Source: an uncultured Actinomycetes bacterium | Lineage (GTDB): Bacteria; Actinomycetota; Actinomycetes; S36-B12; CAIYMF01 | Direction: 5' to 3' | NCBI GenBank assembly: GCA_963843975.1 | Contig: CAWJMG010000003.1 | Coordinates: 1,590,001 to 1,622,000, forward strand | DNA length: 32,000 bases | Shown: positions 25,961 through 32,000 of the stretch, in pieces | Layout of the letters: each line of letters begins with the position of its first letter | Position numbering within the stretch: the first letter of the stretch is position 1 | The notes under the pieces: generated by a model | The model's input: only the letters and a program-made list of their open reading frames with translations | What the model was told of the DNA's origin: nothing | The model's database searches: none | Program-made: the position numbers and the translations under genes

Positions 25961-26857
25961 CTAGCGGGTCCGGGTGAGCCGGACCCGCCAGGCGTCGGGT
26001 CCGCGCTGGTCGTAGGACACTCCGAAGGCGCCGGGCTCCCGCTCCTCGAGCTGCCTGAGCAGGGGTAGCGGGTCGTGAGGCGCGACCAGGACGAGGGAGC
26101 CCGCGAGGGGAACCGCACCGACGGCACCGAAGACCGTCGCATGTCGGATGGCGTGCGGAACGTCTCGGACGTCGAGGACCGGCGCGTCCTGGTCGCCGTC
26201 CGACCCACCGCAGCCGCACGCCGCCCCATGAGTCTCGGCGGAAACTGTCGCTGCGGCCGGGCGATCGCGATGGTCCGGGGGATCTTCCCGTACGTGTTGC
26301 TCGTCGGCTCCGAGCAGTTCGTGCATCCCGGTCAGGATCTTGGTCAACGACACCGACGGGTCGGCGGCGATCCGCGGCAGGAGCAGGTCGTTCTCCTTGG
26401 CGAGATGTACATCGAACAGCACGCGCAGGGCGTTCGCCCCCGCGGCCGCTCGCACCGGGTTCTCGGTCGCACGGACCTCTGCGACCAGGCTCTCTAGGAC
26501 CCGGTGCTCGGCGAGCATCGACTCGACTAGGAGCCGGGCTCGCTCGTCGGACACGGCCGCCGGGTACAGGGTGGACTCCTCCGCCGCTGCGTGCGCAAGC
26601 AGCTCGCCGGTGCAGAAGTCCAGCAGGCGGTGCCGGGCGGTGTCCGCGGCGTTCACAGCCACTCCGCGCACGCCCGCGGCGGCGGTCAGGAGCGCGTCCG
26701 TGAGCGAGGTCAGGGCGCCGGCGAGTTCGGCGTGGTGTCGGACGACGGCGGCCACGGCGTCGGACTCGGCCTCGCTTGACGCGAGGACCACCCCGGTTCG
26801 CGACGATGTCGTAGCCGCAGGAGTGCCACGGTTCGGGGTGGTCTGCGTGATGTCCAC
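25961..26857 (-). CDS. hemerythrin-like domain fused to C-terminal DUF2249 domain
   Basis: The N-terminal half carries RHHAEL..., LAHAAAEESTLYP, LAEHRVLESL and DVHLAKENDLLLP. The C-terminal part matches the DUF2249 pattern: LDVRDVPHAIRHATVFGAVGAVPLAGSLVLVAPHDPLPLLRQLEEREPGAFGVSYDQRGPDAWRVRLTR. GTG start after GAGGAG. Confidence 0.8.
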   Translation of the reverse strand: MDITQTTPNRGTPAATTSSRTGVVLASSEAESDAVAAVVRHHAELAGALTSLTDALLTAAAGVRGVAVNAADTARHRLLDFCTGELLAHAAAEESTLYPAAVSDERARLLVESMLAEHRVLESLVAEVRATENPVRAAAGANALRVLFDVHLAKENDLLLPRIAADPSVSLTKILTGMHELLGADEQHVREDPPDHRDRPAAATVSAETHGAACGCGGSDGDQDAPVLDVRDVPHAIRHATVFGAVGAVPLAGSLVLVAPHDPLPLLRQLEEREPGAFGVSYDQRGPDAWRVRLTRTR

Positions 26858-26920
26858 GACGTTCTCCTCAGTTGCGCCGACGGGTAGCCGGCTGCCTCAT
26901 TATTTAATACACTGTTGTAC
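26858..26920. promoter_or_regulatory. AT-rich divergent promoter region
   Basis: cattatttaatacactgttgtacgtggaaattcta is the most AT-rich stretch in this part of the window. It lies between the hemerythrin operon and the regulator gene and contains TACA-N4-TGTA. Confidence 0.35.
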
Positions 26921-27604
26921 GTGGAAATTCTAGGGCCGGCGCCTGCTCGGTACGACACAGCGGCGGTGCCGCTGTCCCCGCAGCGCGCCCGCGTGCTCGA
27001 ACATCTGCAGGGGTCCGCTGCGGCGGTCACGGTGGAGTCGCTGGCGACGCGACTGGTCCAGCACCCCAACACGGCGCGCAAACACCTCGAGGGCCTCGTC
27101 GCGCGGGGGCTGGCCACGAGGTCACCGGCGCCGATCCTCGGTCGCGGCCGGCCCGGGTGGCAGTACACCGCGGCCCTTGGCCAGGCCGAGCCCGACCCTC
27201 GGGTCCGCGACTATGCCGGCCTCGCTGGGGCGCTGGCAGCACACATCTCGCGCACGAGCAGCGACCCTGGGGCTGACGCGCTGGCCGCGGGCGACACCTG
27301 GGGTCGCTCACTCGTCACCGACCCGTCGGCCCGGAGCCCCACGCACGCCCGTCGCCAGGTCGTCGGCCTGCTTGCCCGCCTCGGGTTCGACCCCAGCGGC
27401 GACGCCCGCGGCGCCAAGGTCCGGTTGCGGCGTTGCCCGCTCCTCGACGTCGCCCGCGCCCAACCCGACATCGTCTGCCCGCTACACCTCGGCCTCGTCC
27501 GTGGAGCCCTGGCCGAGCTGGGCGGGGACCCGCAACGCGCCCACCTCCGTCCCTTCGCCGAGCCGGGCGCCTGCCTGCTGCACCTCAACGATCCGATCGC
27601 CTGA
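26915..27604 (+). CDS. winged-helix (ArsR/MarR-like) transcriptional regulator with Cys/His-containing C-terminal domain
   Basis: The HTH segment is RARVLEHLQGSAAAVTVESLATRLVQHPNTARKHLEGLVARGLATR. The C-terminal part is RLRRCPLLDVARAQPDIVCPLHLGLVRGAL. The start is uncertain (TTG 26915, GTG 26921 or later). Confidence 0.75.
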   Translation: MYVEILGPAPARYDTAAVPLSPQRARVLEHLQGSAAAVTVESLATRLVQHPNTARKHLEGLVARGLATRSPAPILGRGRPGWQYTAALGQAEPDPRVRDYAGLAGALAAHISRTSSDPGADALAAGDTWGRSLVTDPSARSPTHARRQVVGLLARLGFDPSGDARGAKVRLRRCPLLDVARAQPDIVCPLHLGLVRGALAELGGDPQRAHLRPFAEPGACLLHLNDPIA

Positions 27605-27665
27605 GCACCGGCACGACACGCGTGACCCGGCACCCTCGACCTCCAAGCACGGGAAGGAACACCGC

Positions 27666-27998
27666 ATGAACAAGATCTCGCTCGACGCCGTCGCCCGCGA
27701 ACAGCTGAGGCTCGCCCATCGCGCGGCCAGCGGACGCAGCGCCGAAACGGTCTACGGAGGTCACGAACGCGTGCTGCGCCAGACCCTGATCGCCCTGACC
27801 GCGGACACCACCATGGCCGAGCACGAGAGCCCCGGTGACGCGACCCTCCTCGTGGTTGTCGGCCGTGTCCGACTCTCCTCCGGCAGCGACGAGTGGGAGG
27901 GGCGGGCCGGGGACCTGCTCGTGATCCCCGCGGCACGCCACACCCTCGACGCGCTCGAGGACTCCGCCGTCCTGCTCACCGTGGCCAAGACCCCATGA
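27666..27998 (+). CDS. cupin-domain protein
   Basis: 110 aa from an ATG after gggaaggaa. Sequence: ...TTMAEHESPGDATLLVVVGRVRLSSGSDEWEGRAGDLLVIPAARHTLDALEDSAVLLTV. Confidence 0.75.
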   Translation: MNKISLDAVAREQLRLAHRAASGRSAETVYGGHERVLRQTLIALTADTTMAEHESPGDATLLVVVGRVRLSSGSDEWEGRAGDLLVIPAARHTLDALEDSAVLLTVAKTP

Positions 27999-28351
27999 CG
28001 ATGCCCGAGCACGTGTGCGACGGAGAGGACCTCCACACGGACCTGACCCACCTCCACGAAGCCCTCACCGTGACCCGCTCCGAGGCTCTCGCCGATCCCC
28101 GCAACCAGGTCGAAGGGCTCGACCAGGCGGCGTGCGGTCCACACCTCAAGCACCTCGCCGAGCTGGCGGCGGCCGCCGCCGCGGGGTGGCGCCTCCGCCC
28201 GCGACTGGCGCGGCGACGTCCTCGCTCAGGTCGGACCGTCGGCGGCCGGGCCGTTGGACAGCGCGGAGATCTGCATGCGCCAAGCCGGCCTCTGGCCATG
28301 GAGACCCTGACCGCGATGCCCACGCACGGTGGTGGCCCTGCCGCTGCCTGA
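27995..28351 (+). CDS. small ORF coupled to the cupin gene; only the first ~63 codons look coding, with a possible frame change near 28185
   Basis: ATGA overlap with the cupin stop. My hand counts give the first ~65 codons about 89 percent GC3 with lower GC2. After the gccgccgccgcgggg tract the coding-like pattern moves to the +1 frame, which stops at 28308-28310. No family was recognised. Confidence 0.35.
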   Translation: MTMPEHVCDGEDLHTDLTHLHEALTVTRSEALADPRNQVEGLDQAACGPHLKHLAELAAAAAAGWRLRPRLARRRPRSGRTVGGRAVGQRGDLHAPSRPLAMETLTAMPTHGGGPAAA

Positions 28352-28732
28352 CGGCGTCATCGCCACGCGGTCGGAGCGCCTGGAGGATCCGGTTCGTTGC
28401 TTCGCGGAGCGCCCTGTTGTCTATGGGCTCACGGTGGCCGGGCCAGCTCTCATCGCGATCTGTGCCTTCACGGTCTCAGCCCGATCCGGGCCGAGGCGAC
28501 GGCGATTGCTGTGCTGGGCTCGGCATCTCCTGCTCCTCGCAGTTCTCTGGAACCGTCCCGGCTACCGAGCGCCGTCGTCGGCAACCCTGAGGACCCGCGA
28601 TCACAGCGATCGCCGTCGCAAGCGGACCTGGGCCAGCCACGCGCGTCGCTGCCGACCGGGGTGGCGGCGCAGCCACGTGATGGCGGCACGGCAGGGACTG
28701 AGCCTCCGCCCGGAACGAGGCGTGCGCAGATC

Positions 28733-29857
28733 ATGCACAACGGCAGCTCGGCAGACGCGTCGCACGAGATACTCCACCACGTGACCGCGGCAGCAACCCC
28801 GCACGTGACTGAGTCTCGGGCGCAGCGCATCCGCGCCGGGGTGAGCGGCCTTCACCCTGGCTACTTCGCCCTGGTCATGGCCACGGGCATCATGTCGATC
28901 GGAACCAGCACCGCCGGGGTGGGCTGGCTGTCGCTGTCACTGCTGTGGCTGGCCGTGATCTGCTACGTCATCCTGGTGCTGCTCCTCGCATGTCGCCTGA
29001 TCGCCTTCCGGCACGACCTGGTGAACGACCTCAGCGATCCGGCGAGAGCCTTCGGGTTCTTCACGTTCGTGGCCGCCACGAACGTGATCGGAGCCCGGCT
29101 GGTCGGCGATGGGCATCGCGAGGTCGTCGTCGGGCTGCTGGCGGTGTCGTCCCTGGCTTGGCTCTTTCTGGGGTACTTGATCCCGGCCATGGTGGCGCAC
29201 CGGCCCAGGACCGACCCGGCGTTGCGCGGGGTCAACGGGAGCTGGTTCATCTGGGTCGTTGCCAGCCAGTCCATCGCCGTGCTGGCTGCGACCCTCGAGC
29301 CACAGGTCGACGTGGGCCGGCGCGAGCTGGCGCTCGTCGCGGTGTTCTCCTGGTCGGTCGGGCTGTTCCTCTACGGCACCGTCGGTGTGCTGGTGGTCGT
29401 CCGGCTGCTGATGTTCAAGATTCAACCGGTTGAGGCCACCCCGCCGTACTGGGTGGCGATGGGTGCCACCGCTATCAGCGTGGTGGCGGGGTCGAAGATC
29501 GTCGAGATGGCGAAGGCACCCATGGTCACGGCCACCAGCGCCCTGATCGCTGGCCTGGCCGTGCTGTTCTGGGCCTTCGGAACGTGGCTGATCCCGGCGC
29601 TGCTCGCCGTCGGCTATTGGCGGCATTTCCGGCACCGCGTCCCGCTGGTGTACGAGCCCTCGATGTGGAGCATCGTGTTCCCACTCGGCATGTACGGCGT
29701 CGGCTCTGCGTACCTCGGTGAGGTTGACGACCTGCCGATCGTCAAGGCCATCGGTCACGCCGAGATCTGGGTGGCGCTGGCGGTGTGGGCGATCGTCTTC
29801 GGTGCGATGCTGCACCACCTCGCGCGCACCGTGTTCAGGGCCGACCCACCTCGTTGA
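28733..29857 (+). CDS. TDT-family (TehA/Mae1/SLAC1-like) anion transporter
   Basis: About 10 TM helices. Family-typical stretches: LHPGYFALVMATGI, FFTFVAATNVIGARL, NGSWFIWVVASQSIAV and PPYWVAMGATAIS. Start set at ATG 28733. The upstream extension of the track ORF is not protein-like. Confidence 0.85.
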   Translation: MHNGSSADASHEILHHVTAAATPHVTESRAQRIRAGVSGLHPGYFALVMATGIMSIGTSTAGVGWLSLSLLWLAVICYVILVLLLACRLIAFRHDLVNDLSDPARAFGFFTFVAATNVIGARLVGDGHREVVVGLLAVSSLAWLFLGYLIPAMVAHRPRTDPALRGVNGSWFIWVVASQSIAVLAATLEPQVDVGRRELALVAVFSWSVGLFLYGTVGVLVVVRLLMFKIQPVEATPPYWVAMGATAISVVAGSKIVEMAKAPMVTATSALIAGLAVLFWAFGTWLIPALLAVGYWRHFRHRVPLVYEPSMWSIVFPLGMYGVGSAYLGEVDDLPIVKAIGHAEIWVALAVWAIVFGAMLHHLARTVFRADPPR

Positions 29858-29990
29858 GCCGTCATCTACCGACTGTTGCCGCTCCCGAGATCTTCAGAAG
29901 CGCTCCGCAGCCGTGTGGGCGGCGACGTGGTCGATCACCTGAGCGTCGGGCTACTCATGACCGCAGCGTGCGAGAGCTACCCCGCGGTAC

Positions 29991-30017
29991 ACCGCACCTC
30001 AGACCGGCGGGTGCGGT
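29991..30017. terminator. hairpin between convergent genes
   Basis: 8-bp stem accgcacc/ggtgcggt with an 11-nt loop, between the stops at 29857 and 30033. Confidence 0.3.
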
Positions 30018-30032
30018 CGAAGGAGCGCCACA

Positions 30033-30410
30033 TCAGCCCGTAGCGCCCTGCTCTCCGAGCAGGTCGACGAGCACGATCGCATGACTGGTCTCGAGGCGCC
30101 TGGAGGCAGTGAGCAGCGTGACGTTCCTGCGCTTGGCGAGGGTACGCAGGTGGCGCACGGCTTCGATTCGTTCGGGATCCTCGAGCTCGGTCCGGTATCG
30201 CTCGCGGAACTGTTCGAACAGTTCGGGGTCGTGTCCATACCAGGTGCGGAGTTCCACCGACGGGGCGACGGTCTTGCACCACTCGTCGAGATCCGCCCTC
30301 ACGTGGGACAGGCCTCGAGGCCAGAGCCGGTCGACGAGCACCCTGGCGCCGTCGCCCCACACGCGCCCGTCGTAGGCGTGTCCCACTCGGATCTTGTGCG
30401 GGTGTGACAT
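30033..30410 (-). CDS. DUF488-family protein
   Basis: MSHPHKIRVGHAYD..ARVLVDRLWPRGLSHVRADLDEWCKTVAPSVELRTWYGHDPELFEQFRERY matches the DUF488 pattern. ATG 30410 chosen. Confidence 0.8.
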   Translation of the reverse strand: MSHPHKIRVGHAYDGRVWGDGARVLVDRLWPRGLSHVRADLDEWCKTVAPSVELRTWYGHDPELFEQFRERYRTELEDPERIEAVRHLRTLAKRRNVTLLTASRRLETSHAIVLVDLLGEQGATG

Positions 30411-30449
30411 GCGCCGGCTCCTCTCGTGCACCTCAACGCACGAGCGGGG

Positions 30450-31244
30450 TCACGCGAGCCAGGCAGCAACCGCTACCAAGGCGAACATCGCGAGCTCGAC
30501 CAGCCCGATGACCTTGGCTCGCGCGGGACGCCGCCCGACGAGGAACGCGCGGACGGCCAGTGCGGCGAACGGCACGACCAGGGCCCAGCCTTCGGGCAGC
30601 CCCCACTTCGCGGCCAGTGCGACCGAGACCACCACCGACGAGACGGCGAACGCACGAGAGGCTCGTGCGTACCGCGGATCTCGTCGTTCGCGGATCAGTG
30701 CCTTCACGTGCAGCGTCGAGCCGGCCAGCACCAGCCAGCAGACGACGGTGAGGACGGCGATCTGCGCGGGCACGGTGCCGGGCAGCGGCACCGTGCTCGC
30801 GGCGGTGCTCACCGCCCACGTGACCGGGACGAGCAGTGCGCACTCCGTGACGACGACGAGGTCGTTGGCCAGGGCACGCTCGTTGTTGCGCCGTGCGTAG
30901 CGGACGTTCACCGCGACGAGCGCGAAGAGCACCACCCCCACCCAGGCGAGCCACGGGAACCGGAGAAGCAGGAGTGCAGCGGGTACCGCGGCGAGGGCGG
31001 CCCACAGCACGAAGGGGCGTCGGAATCGTTCGGGGCGGCGGTCGCGCAGCAGGCGCCCGCCCGCGTAGCTCGCGGGGTAGGCCGCGAACCACGCGACCGC
31101 GAGCACGACCGTCCACCACGATGGCGTCACAACCGTGCAGGCGAGCACGAGGGGCAGCGCCAGGAACGCCCACGCCCCGTGCTGTGGGGGCAGGACCGGT
31201 GCGCGTCGTCGAGCTGCCGGCCGCGGGGCCGTCGAGGTGCTCAC
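30450..31244 (-). CDS. YwiC-like polytopic membrane protein
   Basis: 264 aa from GTG 31244, which forms a GTGA overlap with the narI stop. About 8 helices. The motifs HGAWAFLALPLVL... and ...RNNERALANDLV fit my memory of YwiC-like proteins. The upstream part of the 506-aa track ORF is out-of-frame shadow of narI. Confidence 0.7.
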   Translation of the reverse strand: MSTSTAPRPAARRRAPVLPPQHGAWAFLALPLVLACTVVTPSWWTVVLAVAWFAAYPASYAGGRLLRDRRPERFRRPFVLWAALAAVPAALLLLRFPWLAWVGVVLFALVAVNVRYARRNNERALANDLVVVTECALLVPVTWAVSTAASTVPLPGTVPAQIAVLTVVCWLVLAGSTLHVKALIRERRDPRYARASRAFAVSSVVVSVALAAKWGLPEGWALVVPFAALAVRAFLVGRRPARAKVIGLVELAMFALVAVAAWLA

Positions 31245-31993
31245 TTGTGTTGCACCGGCTCCCATCCGCGGCGCGGCGCGCGCGCTGAGCCCTCGGGATC
31301 GCGGCTGCGGTAGACGAGGTAGGGGCGCGTGAGGTAACCGACCGGGGCGCTGAAGATGTGCACGAGCCTCGTGAACGGGATCAGCGCGAAGAGCAGCATC
31401 GCGAGCACCGCGTGGATCTGGAACGACGGCGGTGCGAGCACCATGCCGCTCGCGTCGGGGCTGAAGACGAACAGGCTGCGGAACCAGACGGCGACGGTCT
31501 CGCGGTAGTTGTAACCGCCCGGGTACTCGCCCGTCACGTTGAGCAGGTTGATCGCCACGGTGTTGTAGACCCCCAGCAGCACGACAGCTGCGAGCATCAC
31601 GTACATGAGCTTGTCCATGCGCGTCGTCACGGTGAAGACGCGGCCGACGGTGCGCCGGCGGTAGATCAGGATCGCAAGACCCACCACGACCATCACGGCG
31701 GCGATGACGCCGAACGTCACCGCGGCCACGTGGTAGAGGTGCTCGCTCACGCCTACCGCGCTGGTCCAGCCCTCGGGCACGACGAGGCCGAGGATGTGCC
31801 CGCCGAGAGCCATGAGGATGCCGAAGTGGAACAGCGGGCTGCCGATGCGCAGCAGCCGCGACTCGTACATCTGCGACGAACGCGTGGTCCAGCCGTACTG
31901 GTCGTAGCGGTAGCGCCAGAACATCCCGACCGCGAACGCGACCGTGGTGACATACGGCAGCACGACCCACAGGAGGGTCTGGGTGGCGGTCAT
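31241..31993 (-). CDS. narI: respiratory nitrate reductase gamma subunit
   Basis: 250 aa. LLWVVLPYVTTVAFAVGMFWRYRYDQYGWTTRSSQ, SPLFHFGILMALGGHILG and FQIHAVLAMLLFALIPFTRLVHIFSAP carry the heme-ligand His. The rest of the operon would lie beyond the right edge. Confidence 0.93.
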   Translation of the reverse strand: MTATQTLLWVVLPYVTTVAFAVGMFWRYRYDQYGWTTRSSQMYESRLLRIGSPLFHFGILMALGGHILGLVVPEGWTSAVGVSEHLYHVAAVTFGVIAAVMVVVGLAILIYRRRTVGRVFTVTTRMDKLMYVMLAAVVLLGVYNTVAINLLNVTGEYPGGYNYRETVAVWFRSLFVFSPDASGMVLAPPSFQIHAVLAMLLFALIPFTRLVHIFSAPVGYLTRPYLVYRSRDPEGSARAPRRGWEPVQHK

Positions 31994-32000
31994 GTCCGGG

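Noticed and set aside
28397-28855. N-terminal extension of the TDT ORF, and ORFs 28015-28590 (+), 28468-28830 (-), 28476-28676 (-) and 28601-28855 (-)
   Set aside because: Arg/Ser/Pro-rich translations without hydrophobic or motif content. The transporter's family similarity begins near the ATG at 28733.
30426-31970. ORF 30426-31313 (+), 30433-31173 (-), and the upstream 240 codons of 30450-31970 (-)
   Set aside because: They are shadows of the YwiC-like and narI genes. The 506-aa ORF only becomes membrane-protein-like after the GTG at 31244, exactly where narI ends in its own frame.
1-32000. CRISPR arrays, rRNA genes, IS elements/transposases and known defence-system genes
   Set aside because: Reading both strands, I saw no regularly spaced repeats, no rRNA-like conserved strings, no DDE/transposase-like ORFs with terminal inverted repeats, and no recognisable nuclease/ATPase defence modules.

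Overview
High-GC, Actinobacteria-like chromosomal segment; all calls rest on reading the ORF track and the DNA by eye. Positions 1-18.6 kb look like core genome. They hold a PAS/GGDEF diguanylate cyclase and a minus-strand block of secreted metzincin-type protease, 935-aa FtsX-type permease and two different ABC ATPases. They also hold small membrane proteins, an ArgI/ArcB-type ornithine carbamoyltransferase, divergent AbgT and DASS/TrkA-C transporters and a GreA/Rnk-like factor. The block ends with an isochorismatase-pxpABC operon in which pxpB carries an apparent 1-nt frameshift. A tRNA-Lys(CTT) at 18617-18689 marks a junction. Immediately to its right lies a compact integrative, mobilizable-type element (tyrosine integrase, excisionase, 1129-aa MobF/TrwC relaxase-helicase). 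No mating-pore, coupling-protein or replication genes are present, and about 1.2 kb of largely non-coding, hairpin-rich DNA follows. I could not find a clean second att repeat. From 25.2 kb onward there is an accessory-looking redox cluster next to the end of a respiratory nitrate reductase operon. It comprises a hemerythrin-DUF2249 fusion, a Cys-rich hemerythrin and a Rieske ferredoxin, with a divergent HTH regulator, a cupin and a patchy small ORF. A TehA/SLAC1-family anion transporter, a DUF488 gene, a YwiC-like membrane protein coupled to narI, and narI complete it. The most noteworthy items are the minimal tRNA-Lys element with its orphan non-coding arm, the nar-linked hemerythrin/DUF2249/Rieske module, an ABC ATPase with an AbrB-like tail, and two places where the coding signal changes frame. 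Many long track ORFs are antisense or out-of-frame shadows typical of high-GC DNA and were rejected. No CRISPR array, rRNA or transposase was seen.
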